A DNA stretch of 64,000 nt from Phycisphaerae bacterium (GCA_963675745.2 CAXXWX010000013.1:64001-128000), one strand, 5' to 3'. Shown: positions 9,261-19,350, counted from the stretch's first letter. Numbers and translations are program-made. Notes: generated by a model not told the origin, from the sequence alone.

Positions 9261-10862
9261 ATGCCCTTGGACGAGTCGCAGAATTACGCGCGCTACTGCC
9301 CCGGTGAGGAGCATATTCACATATCCGACGCAGTGTGTCTCGGTCGGCGGCGCGCCAACTTTCACAAATGCCCGGGCTGCCAGTTCAATGACGATGAGCA
9401 GGGTCGGCCGTCGTTGGCCGCCAGCTTTGTCGGTCGAAAACACAAGCGCTCCAGCACACCAACTCAGGGAATCGAGACTATCGCCATGATCGATAAGGTC
9501 TTCAAAGCGTACGATGTCCGCGCCACCGTCCCCGACCTGCTCAACGAAAACGTCGCCTGGCGCATCGGCAACGCCACCGCCCAGTTCCTGCGCACGTCAC
9601 TGACCGGCTATGACCGCAGCGACGAGGCGATGAACAAGATCATCGTCGGTCGCGACATGCGCAAGCATAGCCCCATGCTCTGCGACGCCTTCATCACCGG
9701 AGCCGCCGCGACCGGCACCCAGGTGGTCGACATCGGCATGATCGACACGTCGCAGCTATATTTCGCGACCAACCACGTACGTTGTTGCGGCGGCGCGGTT
9801 ACCACGGCCAGTCACAATCCGGCGAATTACAACGGGTTTAAGATTTGTGGGCCGAAAGGCAAGCCGATTGGCTCAGAGTCGGGATTGAAGGAGATTCAGC
9901 GGATCGCGGCGGCGATCAACCCGCACGCCGTCCCCGACACGTTGCCGGTGCAGGCCGTCGATCTTTCCGAGCCGTACCGCGAGTACCTGCACCGCTTCCT
10001 GCTGCCGCTGCGGCCCCTCAAGGTCGTGGTGGACGCGTCGAACGGAATGGCGGGGCGCTGGTTCCCGATCTTGTTCTCGGGGGTCAACAACCTCGAGATG
10101 TTCCCGCTGAATTTCAAGCATGACGGTGACTTCGTCCATCCGCCGAACCCGCTGGTCCCCGCCAATCTGGACCAGCTTCGGCAGGCGGTGCGCGAGCACA
10201 AGGCCGATTTCGGCGCGTGCTTTGACGGCGATGCCGACCGTTGCATGTTCGTGGATGAAAACGCCGAGATCGTCCGCTGTGATCTGGTCACGGCCCTGCT
10301 GGCGGGGGAGTATCTCCGCGAGCACCCGGGTTCGACCATCGTTTACGATCTGCGCTCGAGCCGTGTCGTGGCCGACACCATCCGCCACGGCGGCGGCAAG
10401 CCCAAACGCGAGCGCGTCGGTCACGTATTCATGAAACGCACGATGGCCGAGCAGGACGGCATCTTCGGCGGCGAGCTGAGCGGGCACTTCTATTTCCGCG
10501 ACTACTTCTATTGCGATTCTGGCATGCTGGCTTTCATCGCGATTCTCGATGTGCTGACCCGCAGCGGACAATCGCTGTCCTCGCTGATCAAACCGTTGGA
10601 CATCTTCGCCGCCAGCGGGGAACGCAACTTCAGGAACGCGGACAAGCAAGGCACCTTCGCCGAGCTCGAAAAGAAGTACACGGACGCACAGGTTGACCAT
10701 CTCGACGGAATCACGATCCAGTATGAGGACTGGTGGTTTAACGTCCGCGCCTCAAACACGGAGCCGCTGCTGCGGCTGAATCTGGAAGCCAAAACGCGCG
10801 ACCTGCTCGAAAGCAAGCTCGCCGAGATCACACCTTTGCTCGGCGAGCCCGTCGATCACTGA
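9261..10862 (+). CDS. Phosphomannomutase/phosphoglucomutase with N-terminal Cys/His extension
   Basis: FKAYDVRA, TASHNP phosphoserine loop, FDGDADR metal loop, GELSGH; GGAGG directly upstream of ATG 9261. Confidence 0.93.
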   Translation: MPLDESQNYARYCPGEEHIHISDAVCLGRRRANFHKCPGCQFNDDEQGRPSLAASFVGRKHKRSSTPTQGIETIAMIDKVFKAYDVRATVPDLLNENVAWRIGNATAQFLRTSLTGYDRSDEAMNKIIVGRDMRKHSPMLCDAFITGAAATGTQVVDIGMIDTSQLYFATNHVRCCGGAVTTASHNPANYNGFKICGPKGKPIGSESGLKEIQRIAAAINPHAVPDTLPVQAVDLSEPYREYLHRFLLPLRPLKVVVDASNGMAGRWFPILFSGVNNLEMFPLNFKHDGDFVHPPNPLVPANLDQLRQAVREHKADFGACFDGDADRCMFVDENAEIVRCDLVTALLAGEYLREHPGSTIVYDLRSSRVVADTIRHGGGKPKRERVGHVFMKRTMAEQDGIFGGELSGHFYFRDYFYCDSGMLAFIAILDVLTRSGQSLSSLIKPLDIFAASGERNFRNADKQGTFAELEKKYTDAQVDHLDGITIQYEDWWFNVRASNTEPLLRLNLEAKTRDLLESKLAEITPLLGEPVDH

Positions 10863-12118
10863 TGGCGACACCGACCACCGAGCAACCCGCCGAGTACACG
10901 CACCTGCTGTTGGACAGCGGCGTGGAAATGGCCGTTGACCGCCTGCCGGCGCGCAACACGGTCGGGCTGTGCTTCCGCGTTTTCGCCGGGATGACCGATG
11001 AGGACCCGCGTTACACGGGCGTGAACACGATTACGCAAAGCACGCTGGCCAAGGGCACGGCGAATTACACCGGCCGCGCCCTGGCCGATGCGTTTGACCG
11101 GATCGGGGCCGCCTGGGGTACGGCGAGCGGACGTCAGTCGATGCTGGCGCGCGTGTTGTGCCTCCCCGAGTTCGTCGAGCAGACCATTGACCTGGTCGCG
11201 GAGATGCTTCGACGACCGACGTTCCCCGAGGAGGCCTGCCAGGTGGCGGTCGACCTGGCGCTTCAGGACTTGCGCCATATGGAGGACGAGCCGCAGGACC
11301 TGCTGCGCGTCCTGATCCAGCGGCTGACGCTGGGCCCGGATTTGGGCCGCAACCCCGACGGCACGCCTGAATCTCTGCCGCAGGTGACGCGTGATGTGGT
11401 CCACGACCACTGGCGCAGGTGCTACCACAGTGGTCGGCTACAGGTCGCTGTCGCGGGGCCGCTTGATGCCGAGCGCGTCGCACGGCAAATCGACACCGCC
11501 TTCAGCGGCTTCGGATCAGCCGAGCGCGCGGGGCGCGCCGACGCCGAGTTCACCTTCGAGCCGGCGCGGCAACATCGCCATAAGGACTGCAAGCAGCAGT
11601 ACATCGGGCTGACCATGCCGGGGGTTCCTCGCGGCCACCGGGATTTTGCGGCCGAGCGCGTGCTTCTCTCCGTCTTGTCCGGCGGGATGAGCGGGCGTCT
11701 GTTCACCGAAGTGCGCGAGAAGCAGGGTCTGGTGTATTGGGTGGGAGCCTGGCACGAGCAACCACGCGGCAAGGGCGTCATTCATCTCGGCGCCAGTACC
11801 ACACCCGCGCGCTGTTCGCGGACCTACCGGACATTGTCGCGCGAGATCGAGCGCCTGTCCGAGGATCTTACCGAATCCGAGGTGGCGCGGGCACGCAATA
11901 TCCTCATTGCCCATCTCGAAACCGAGGATGATCTGACCCGGGCCCGCACGGCGGCGCTCAGCGACGACCTGTTCCACTTTTCCCGGCCGATCGGGTTGCA
12001 GGCCAAGCTCGCCGCAATCCGGGCCGTGACACTGTCTGACGTGGTGCGGTTGGCCGCCGGCTTGCGCGAGGCGCCACGCTGCGTTGCCACGATTGGGCCG
12101 GCGGAACTCGATGGCTGA
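10862..12118 (+). CDS. M16 (pitrilysin) family peptidase-like subunit, probably non-catalytic
   Basis: LSGGMSGRLFTEVREKQGLVY motif; the HxxEH position reads NTITQ. Confidence 0.85.
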   Translation: MATPTTEQPAEYTHLLLDSGVEMAVDRLPARNTVGLCFRVFAGMTDEDPRYTGVNTITQSTLAKGTANYTGRALADAFDRIGAAWGTASGRQSMLARVLCLPEFVEQTIDLVAEMLRRPTFPEEACQVAVDLALQDLRHMEDEPQDLLRVLIQRLTLGPDLGRNPDGTPESLPQVTRDVVHDHWRRCYHSGRLQVAVAGPLDAERVARQIDTAFSGFGSAERAGRADAEFTFEPARQHRHKDCKQQYIGLTMPGVPRGHRDFAAERVLLSVLSGGMSGRLFTEVREKQGLVYWVGAWHEQPRGKGVIHLGASTTPARCSRTYRTLSREIERLSEDLTESEVARARNILIAHLETEDDLTRARTAALSDDLFHFSRPIGLQAKLAAIRAVTLSDVVRLAAGLREAPRCVATIGPAELDG

Positions 12119-12126
12119 AGGGGGAA

Positions 12127-12160
12127 TAGGGACTGAGGGACTAGGGATTGAGGGATTGGG
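12127..12160 (+). repeat. Short 7/8-mer tandem array T(G)AGGGA(C/T)
   Basis: tagggac tgagggac tagggat tgagggat right after the M16 stop. Confidence 0.7.
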
Positions 12161-12214
12161 GGAAGCGGGGGGGAAGGGGGCCATGGTGCTGGCGGCGTGG
12201 CCGCCGTTGGCCTG

Positions 12215-12243
12215 TTCACATGCTTGCCGGGTGCCGCTATACT
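12215..12243 (+). promoter_or_regulatory. Sigma70-type promoter for the EF-G-like gene
   Basis: TTCACA-17 bp-TATACT. Confidence 0.55.
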
Positions 12244-12303
12244 GCTTTGTTCTGAGCATCTTGCGGCTCACACGTGTTACGCTGGTTCTACGGAGGTTGG
12301 TGC

Positions 12304-14352
12304 ATGGCTGCCCATAAGGTCGAGGACATTCGCAACGTGGCAATCGTCGGACATGCCGGAGCCGGCAAGACTACGCTCGGTGAGGCAATCCTGCTGAAGG
12401 CGGGCGTGACCAACCGCCTGGGGAGTGTCGATGACGGTAGCAGCGTTCTCGATTATGACGACGAAGCCAAAGAGCGCGGCCATAGCCTCGATTCGTCGGT
12501 ATTCCACGTCAAGCATGGCGATAAGCTGCTGAATTTCATCGATACACCCGGCATGCCGGACTATTGCGGGCCGGCGCTGGCATCGCTGATCGGCGTCGAA
12601 ACCGCACTGATTGCAATCTCCGCCGCCGCCGGTATCGGCACGAACACCCGGCGCATGTTCCAGGCCGCCGGGCAATTCGGCCTGGCGCGGATGATCGTCA
12701 TTACGCGCATCGACGCCGAAAACGCCAACCTGGAAGAGCTCTACAGCGCCATCCACGAGACATTCGGACATAGCTGTCGGGCGATCAATCTGCCGGCGGG
12801 GGGGGGCAAGAGCACGATTGACGTGTTGGCCAGTGAATCCGGCAGCGCCGATATCCTCGACGTAGCGCAGGCTCACACCGAACTCATCGAGGCGATTGTC
12901 GAGACCGACGAAGACCTCATGGAAGCCTATATGGCCGACGAAGGTGTGCCGCAGGACAAACTGCGACCGGCCATTGCGAAAGCCGTCGCCGAAGGCAGCT
13001 TGATCCCCGTGCTGTTCGCCGACGCCGGACGGGATGTCGGAATCCAGCAGCTTCTGGACGAGATCGTCACGTTCGCTCCGTCCCCGGCGGTCGGCAAGCA
13101 GCGCCAACTGGCTGTCGGCGAGGGCGAAGAGGCACAGGAAACGCCGATCGCCGCAGACCCGACCGGTCCGTTTGTCGGCCAGGTCTTCAAGGTGCTGTCA
13201 GACCCGAAGAGCAACATCAAGTACTCGGTGTTCCGCGTATTCAGCGGGACACTCCCGAGCGACGGGCAGATCGTCATCCGCGATGACCGTAAATCGCAGC
13301 GCGCCGGCCATGTATTCAAATTCAGCGGCGGCCATCACGATGAGGCCGACGCCGCCACGGCCGGCGATATCGCGGCGTTGGCCAAGATCGATCTGAAGAT
13401 CGGTGACATGCTCTGGGACAAGCCGACCGATGGCGCCGTTACCATCCCGCGACTGCCCTCACCCATGTACTCGTTGGCGATCGAGCCCAAGGCGCGGGGC
13501 GATATCGAGAAGGTCGGTGCGGCCCTGACACGCTTTTCCGAAGAGGATCCATGCTTCCAGTATCATCGCAATGCTGAAACCAACCAATTGCTGATGAGCG
13601 GTCTGGGTGACCAGCACCTGACCGTGATCCAGAGCAAGATGAAGCGCTATTTCAAGCTCGAGGTCGATACCAAAACCCCCAAGATCCCGTACCGCGAGAC
13701 GATTTCCGGATCAGTCAAATACGTCGAATACACGCACAAAAAGCAGACCGGCGGTGCCGGGCAGTTCGCGCGCGTCTTCATCGATCTCGAGCCGAATGAG
13801 CGCGGCGGCGGCTACGAGTTCATCGACAAGATCTTCGGCGGCGCCATCGACCAGCCTTATCGACCCGCGGTGGACAAGGGTATTCAGGGCCAGATGAAGA
13901 AGGGCGTCATCGCCGGCTGTCCGGTGGTGGATGTCAAGGTGTCTCTGGTCGACGGAAAGACGCACCCGGTCGACAGCAAGGACATCGCGTTTCAGGTGGC
14001 CGGCCGCAATGCCTTCAAGAAGGCCTTCATGCAGTGCAAGCCGATCCTGCTCGAACCGATCGTGACCATCGAAGTGCATTGCCCCACCGACTTTATGGGT
14101 GATATTCAGCGTGATCTGGCCGGCAAACGTGGCCAGATCGAGGGGCAGGACATGCTGCCCGGCGGCCAGTGCGTCATCAAGGGTAAGGTGCCCCTGGCCG
14201 AAGTCTCCGCCTATGCGTCACAGCTCAAGAGCGTCACCGGCGGTCAGGGCAGCTACATCATGGACTTCAGCCACTACGACGTATGCCCGCCCAATGTGCA
14301 GCAGGAGATTCAGTCCAAGTATCAGTCGCAGGCGGAGCAGGACGAAGACTGA
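12304..14352 (+). CDS. fusA: Elongation factor G paralogue (EF-G2-like)
   Basis: GGAGG RBS; GHAGAGKTT, DTPG, PKIPYRETI, KKQTGGAGQFA, GCPVVDVKVSLVDGKTHPVDS, LLEPI; not in a str operon. Confidence 0.9.
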   Translation: MAAHKVEDIRNVAIVGHAGAGKTTLGEAILLKAGVTNRLGSVDDGSSVLDYDDEAKERGHSLDSSVFHVKHGDKLLNFIDTPGMPDYCGPALASLIGVETALIAISAAAGIGTNTRRMFQAAGQFGLARMIVITRIDAENANLEELYSAIHETFGHSCRAINLPAGGGKSTIDVLASESGSADILDVAQAHTELIEAIVETDEDLMEAYMADEGVPQDKLRPAIAKAVAEGSLIPVLFADAGRDVGIQQLLDEIVTFAPSPAVGKQRQLAVGEGEEAQETPIAADPTGPFVGQVFKVLSDPKSNIKYSVFRVFSGTLPSDGQIVIRDDRKSQRAGHVFKFSGGHHDEADAATAGDIAALAKIDLKIGDMLWDKPTDGAVTIPRLPSPMYSLAIEPKARGDIEKVGAALTRFSEEDPCFQYHRNAETNQLLMSGLGDQHLTVIQSKMKRYFKLEVDTKTPKIPYRETISGSVKYVEYTHKKQTGGAGQFARVFIDLEPNERGGGYEFIDKIFGGAIDQPYRPAVDKGIQGQMKKGVIAGCPVVDVKVSLVDGKTHPVDSKDIAFQVAGRNAFKKAFMQCKPILLEPIVTIEVHCPTDFMGDIQRDLAGKRGQIEGQDMLPGGQCVIKGKVPLAEVSAYASQLKSVTGGQGSYIMDFSHYDVCPPNVQQEIQSKYQSQAEQDED

Positions 14353-14477
14353 GCAGAACCCCGGACTCCGTGCAGTGCCGGCCGTCCCATGGGGTGACGG
14401 TCCGCGCACAGCCACGTTTATGGCCGCCACGTCCGACAGGGCGCCGGGCGTGTCCAGTGGGTGTCCCGATCTTGCAG

Positions 14478-15353
14478 TTAGAAGCGGAAGGCGTCGTCAC
14501 CGAACGGCGGGTTCAGCTCGATGTCGGTGTAGATGTAGCTTCCCAGGAGCTTGGTCTCGTCGTGGTCAGCGTAGGAATACGCCGCCACCGGCAGCAGTAG
14601 TTCCTGGTCGATATGCGTGACGAGCCTGGCATCCGGATACTTGCTATTCTCCCCGGTGTATGGCAAGTCGCGCGTGATTACGATCGTCGGACGACCATTC
14701 ACCTGACCCGTGCCCGAGAATCGAAGCTTCAGATCCCCATTGCTCTCGGCCAGCGCGCTGTATCTCTCAAATATGTCAAAGAACGCCTGGAAGCCGGCGA
14801 ACTCAATCGAGTGCCGACTGGCTTTCTTTGCATCGGGGCCATCCACGGGCATCATGATGTCCGAGACGATCAACCGCGCCAGACCGTTCGGCTCGACGCG
14901 CGCCAGCTTCTCGCCCTTTTTGTTCACGTTCGCCGGATCGTCGATGAAAAGCGCTCGCTTACAGGCGTCGGCGTTACTGTGCCAGAGCATATAAATCGTC
15001 GTCGGCTCACACCGATAGCGAACTTCGACCACCTGCACCTTCGACATGCCACTGCCGAGCAGCTCCTGCTTGGTCAGCGTCGTGCGGTAGCACTTGACCG
15101 TGTCCTCATAGCGCCGCTGGGCATAACGCACGAATGCGCGGGGATCACGCTGCGCCAGGGTTACTGGAGAATCAGCGGGGTGCGGGGCGCCGCCGGGCTT
15201 GTTCGTGGCGAAGCTCGCCGCCACAACCTCGGGCGTTTGGCCGGGCACGCCGGCGCCGGCTGTACGGGGGCGCGCGCCGATCCACGTCACCACGAGGATC
15301 ACTGATAACAACGCAGCACTGATGTAGGCGATTCCGCGGCGGGTCCGGGGCAC
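14478..15353 (-). CDS. DUF1571-like exported protein
   Basis: N-terminal TM/signal; YRTTLTKQELL, SRHSIEFAGF, HIDQELLLPV, YIYTDIELNP..D..F pattern; AGGAG RBS before GTG. Confidence 0.7.
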   Translation of the reverse strand: MPRTRRGIAYISAALLSVILVVTWIGARPRTAGAGVPGQTPEVVAASFATNKPGGAPHPADSPVTLAQRDPRAFVRYAQRRYEDTVKCYRTTLTKQELLGSGMSKVQVVEVRYRCEPTTIYMLWHSNADACKRALFIDDPANVNKKGEKLARVEPNGLARLIVSDIMMPVDGPDAKKASRHSIEFAGFQAFFDIFERYSALAESNGDLKLRFSGTGQVNGRPTIVITRDLPYTGENSKYPDARLVTHIDQELLLPVAAYSYADHDETKLLGSYIYTDIELNPPFGDDAFRF

Positions 15354-15531
15354 TTAACAAAACTCCTAGTGGCGGGTGGGCCGGGAGTTGAAGGCTAACG
15401 CAACTCCCACGCCATATTCCATCGTCAAGAGCCTCCGTGCGTCTTGACTTGCACGACCGCGCCGGCGTGCAATGGCATTGTGGCAACGTATTCTAAGAGA
15501 TACTAGTCGCCGGACAAGCACAAGTTGCATG

Positions 15532-16497
15532 TTATTGTGGGTTCGCCCCGGTACTTACACCCAGGGCCCACGCGCGCAGCACTTGTTCGTACGATGTCGT
15601 GTCCGGCTCAAATTCGATGGTATGCGCTGCGCCGGCGAAGCGTTTCACTTCCAATTCCCCCGCACAGCTTGCGCGCAACCACTGTTCTGTTGGCTGGTTA
15701 CGTATGATACGGTCGCGCTCGGCGAGCAGCAGCGCGACCGGCGTGGTGATGTGCTCCTCCGGTCGGCGTAACGCCATACGGCCCAGTCGCGTGGATTGCC
15801 ACAGAAAACGCGCGGTAGCGTGCGTGAGCTTGAGCCCGTCTGAGACGATGAAGTCCCGGCCGGCGGGGTTGTCGGTGAACAGGGCCGCGTCACTCAACGG
15901 AATCGCGAACCGCCGGCTTGGGCTGAACAGCAACGCACCGGCGATGCGCAAGCGCTCGACGATACCCACGCCGACCGCTGGAAACAGGCCGGGGGCCACC
16001 AGAAGCAGGCGACTCACGCGGTCGGGCCGCCGCCGTGCCCAAGCCAACGCCAGCTTACCGCCCCAGCTCACGCCACAGATCGCCCACCGCCGCACGCCAT
16101 ACTGCCGCTCGACGGCGTCGGCAATATCGTCGAGGTCGGCAAGCCACTGTTCGGCACTGGGCGTGTCGCCGCGCGCCGCATCGTTCATACCGCTGCCACG
16201 CCGATCGGGCAGCACGACCAGCTTCCCGGCCTGCGCGAGCACGGAAGCCGACCACTCGTACCATCCGCCATGCGATTGAATGCCGTGCAGGTAAAGCACC
16301 GCTTCTTCCCCCGCGCCGGTCTCATCTGCAGCCCTGGCGGTCGCGCGCGGGGCCCGCTTCCCCGTTCCCTGTTCCCCGTTCCCCGTTCCCTGTTCCCCGT
16401 TCCCCGTTCCCTGTCTGAACCAAACGCGCCCGCGCACGGACTCGCCGTCGGACAAACGCCAGTTCATGGTCTGTGGCGGAAGAAGGGGGTGACGCAT
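15532..16497 (-). CDS. Alpha/beta hydrolase (lysophospholipase-like)
   Basis: LHGIQSHGGWY, PDRRGSG, nucleophile elbow GVSWGG, AAHTIEFE. Confidence 0.88.
   Translation of the reverse strand: MRHPLLPPQTMNWRLSDGESVRGRVWFRQGTGNGEQGTGNGEQGTGKRAPRATARAADETGAGEEAVLYLHGIQSHGGWYEWSASVLAQAGKLVVLPDRRGSGMNDAARGDTPSAEQWLADLDDIADAVERQYGVRRWAICGVSWGGKLALAWARRRPDRVSRLLLVAPGLFPAVGVGIVERLRIAGALLFSPSRRFAIPLSDAALFTDNPAGRDFIVSDGLKLTHATARFLWQSTRLGRMALRRPEEHITTPVALLLAERDRIIRNQPTEQWLRASCAGELEVKRFAGAAHTIEFEPDTTSYEQVLRAWALGVSTGANPQ
16358..16413 (-). repeat. Intragenic heptamer tandem array, 8 x TTCCC(C/T)G on + strand
   Basis: Eight units counted directly; translated as GTGNGEQ repeats. Confidence 0.9.
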
Positions 16498-16508
16498 GCC
16501 GGTCGAGA

Positions 16509-16973
16509 TTAAAGCTCGCCCTGGTCGAGCACGTGGAACTTACGGCGGATCAATGTGTGACAGCCTTGGCCGAGATCGTCCACATGAATCGCCAGGCAAC
16601 TCGGGCGCGATTCGGTGGCGATCAGTGGGTAGAGGTAGTTGATGTTCACTTCGCCGGCGATGAGCGCGCTGCAAATCGTCATGATGCCACGCTTGCCGGG
16701 CGGCAACTCAACCACCAGCACCTCGCCGCTGGCCACCGCGAAGCCGGCGTCCGTCAGCATCTGGAGCGCCGTATCGGGATCATCAACGAGCAGGCGCATG
16801 ATCGAGCAATCGATGCCGCCATCCACGCTCATGCCGAGGATGTGGACTTCCTGGTCCGCGAACAGCCGGGTCAGACGCAGCAGTTGCCCGACACGATTCT
16901 CCAGGAATAATGAAAGCTGGTGACAGCAGGGGACTTCGCTGCCGTGCGCCGTTTCCATGGGTTCCAATGACAT
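16509..16973 (-). CDS. Tandem ACT-domain protein
   Basis: QLSLFLENRVGQL and INYLYPL ACT-type patterns. Confidence 0.8.
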   Translation of the reverse strand: MSLEPMETAHGSEVPCCHQLSLFLENRVGQLLRLTRLFADQEVHILGMSVDGGIDCSIMRLLVDDPDTALQMLTDAGFAVASGEVLVVELPPGKRGIMTICSALIAGEVNINYLYPLIATESRPSCLAIHVDDLGQGCHTLIRRKFHVLDQGEL

Positions 16974-17161
16974 AGGCGATCGTCCGACATGAAGTACGCG
17001 CACGGCATACACGACTTGACTGCCCACCGAGCTGTCCCGGTCGGTAAGCCAACCCTGTCCGGCGCGGAGCCTGTACGCAATTCCGGGCGACTGCTAGGGT
17101 ACCCAGGCCCGGTGGCCGTGTACAGGTTAAAATTACCCGGCGGCCTCCGCGCGGCGGAGAC

Positions 17162-19261
17162 ATGCGGATGGGGTCGCTGACCTTCCTATCACCCATGCTG
17201 CTGATCGGCACCCTGCTGGCGGCCTTGCCGGTAGCAGTCCATCTGCTGATGCGTCCGCGTCCGCGGCGCGTGCGCTTTCCAACCCTGGCCCTGTTGCGGC
17301 CGGCATTGTTGTCCGGCCGCCGCGCCGGTCGGCTGCGACACATCTGGCTGCTGCTGTTGCGCGGGCTTCTACTCGCATCCGCCGCGGTGTTTCTGGCCGG
17401 TCCGACCTGCCGCGCTGTCGGGGGCCACCTGCAAGGCGACTCACCGCTGGCGTGCGTGCTGGTGATTGATGATTCGCTCAGCACGCACTATCAGCTACCC
17501 GGGCAGCTATCGTTGGCCGAGCAGCTCCGCGATGAAGCCCTGCGGTTTGTCCGGCAATCCGGCAACTGGCCGGCCGGCTCGACGGTGGGATTGGTATTCG
17601 TCGCCGACCAGCGCGAGTCCATGACACCGAGTGCCGACCGCGAACATCTGCTTGGTCTCCTGGGCGGCGGGGGGGCCGAGCACGCTCACGCACGCGGGTT
17701 GGGCCCGGCGCTACGCACCGCGGCCGAGATGCTCCACGATGTGCCTCAGCCGCGCAAGGCCATCATCGTTTTCACCGACGGCGCGGCTCACGCGTGGCGC
17801 GATGTAAGCCCAGTCACATCCGATGCGGTCGATGACCTGACGTTGGAGTTGATCACGCCGCAACTCGCCACCCACACCAATATCGGGATCAGCGACGCGG
17901 CCACCATTCCGGTCGCCCCGGTGGCCGGAGCGATAGTGCCGCTGCGTGTGACCGTGGCGGCTGTCGGCGTGGCAAGTGAGTGCGCGGTGAGCGTGTCTGT
18001 GGACGCCGCCGCGCCCGTGTCCGCCAAACCGGTGCGAGTTGCCGCGGGCGGCTTCCGCGACGTCGAGTTCCAATTGCCGCCGATGGAATCCGGGCGGCAC
18101 AGCGTCACCGTTACCATCGCGCCGGGCGACCACCTGTCTTTTGATCAGAGCCGCTATCTGGCGCTGAGCACTCGGCCGCGCCCGGTTGTGTGGCTCATTG
18201 ATCCGCCGCACGCCACCCGCGACGCGGGGTCCCTGATTCTGCGCAACCTGGTGGCCCCGTCCGCACTCGATAGCACGCGCCAGGTGGTCGATCTCAAGCA
18301 ATACGCTTTGGAGGAACTACCGGCGGTGCCGGAGACGAGACCGGCGTTGATGCTGGTATTTCCCGGAGATGGTTCTGACGGACGGATCGTTGAGCAGGTG
18401 CAACGGGGCTGCTCCGCGATTCTGGTCCCACGGGGCGAGGTCGGCGAATCACCGGTCTGGGCTGGACTCTGGAAACACTTCTCCGCTCTGCCGCCCCTGA
18501 ACATTGCGGCACCGGACGATGATTGGATTCGACCCGAGCCGGGCTCACCTCTCGACCGTGACGAGCTTTCTCGTGAGTTCGCGGGCGTGACGGTTCGCCG
18601 CCAGGTTGTGATCGCGCAGCCACACGCCGATGTCGCCGTTCACGCGCGCTTTGCCAGTGGCCAGCCGGCGCTGATAAGTCGCCGATTGGGCGACGGCCTG
18701 CTGATCGCGCTGCTGACGTCGCCCGACCCGCAGTGGAGCGATTTGGGCATCCGGGCGTCGGGTCTGCTGACCTGGCTCCACCAACTCATCAATGATCCGG
18801 CGACCACGCAGGCCGACGTTGCCAACCTCACCGCACACACGGTCAGCCGGCATCGATTTGCCGCGCTGGCCGGCGAAGATCGCGCTGCGATTCATTTCCC
18901 TGATCCAGCCGCGGGCATCGAGTGGCGGGATCTGCTGGACGGCGTACCGCAACGCCCCTGGCCGACGGACCAGGCCGGGCTGTATAAGCTGGTTGGGGCC
19001 GCGTCCGCCGCACACTACGCCGTCAACTGGCCGGTCGACGAGTCCGACTTCACCCCGATTGCGGCGGATCAAGTGAGCGAGCTGACCGGTGTGGCCGACG
19101 TCAGCATCCTCGCGGCTGAACGGTTATCGGGGGCACGGCCGACTGTCGCGCGCCCCTGGTATGGCTGGCTGCGACCCGACGTGGCTCTGGCGCTGCTGCT
19201 TATCCTGGTGCTGCTGGCAGAGACCTTCTTTGCCGACCGGCTCCCGCGGGCCGCGAGCTGA
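17162..19261 (+). CDS. BatA N-terminal domain / VWA domain membrane protein
   Basis: ALPVAVHLL...RVRFPTLALL...LLLLLR BatA motif; VIDDSLS MIDAS and IVFTDG; C-terminal TM. Confidence 0.82.
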   Translation: MRMGSLTFLSPMLLIGTLLAALPVAVHLLMRPRPRRVRFPTLALLRPALLSGRRAGRLRHIWLLLLRGLLLASAAVFLAGPTCRAVGGHLQGDSPLACVLVIDDSLSTHYQLPGQLSLAEQLRDEALRFVRQSGNWPAGSTVGLVFVADQRESMTPSADREHLLGLLGGGGAEHAHARGLGPALRTAAEMLHDVPQPRKAIIVFTDGAAHAWRDVSPVTSDAVDDLTLELITPQLATHTNIGISDAATIPVAPVAGAIVPLRVTVAAVGVASECAVSVSVDAAAPVSAKPVRVAAGGFRDVEFQLPPMESGRHSVTVTIAPGDHLSFDQSRYLALSTRPRPVVWLIDPPHATRDAGSLILRNLVAPSALDSTRQVVDLKQYALEELPAVPETRPALMLVFPGDGSDGRIVEQVQRGCSAILVPRGEVGESPVWAGLWKHFSALPPLNIAAPDDDWIRPEPGSPLDRDELSREFAGVTVRRQVVIAQPHADVAVHARFASGQPALISRRLGDGLLIALLTSPDPQWSDLGIRASGLLTWLHQLINDPATTQADVANLTAHTVSRHRFAALAGEDRAAIHFPDPAAGIEWRDLLDGVPQRPWPTDQAGLYKLVGAASAAHYAVNWPVDESDFTPIAADQVSELTGVADVSILAAERLSGARPTVARPWYGWLRPDVALALLLILVLLAETFFADRLPRAAS

Positions 19262-19350
19262 TTGTGTGTCGGTTGGCGGATGAGGCTGATTCGCGATGCC
19301 GTGCCGGCAAGTCGCTCCTGGATCGGTCATGCCCGGTTCGTTCCGTGGAT

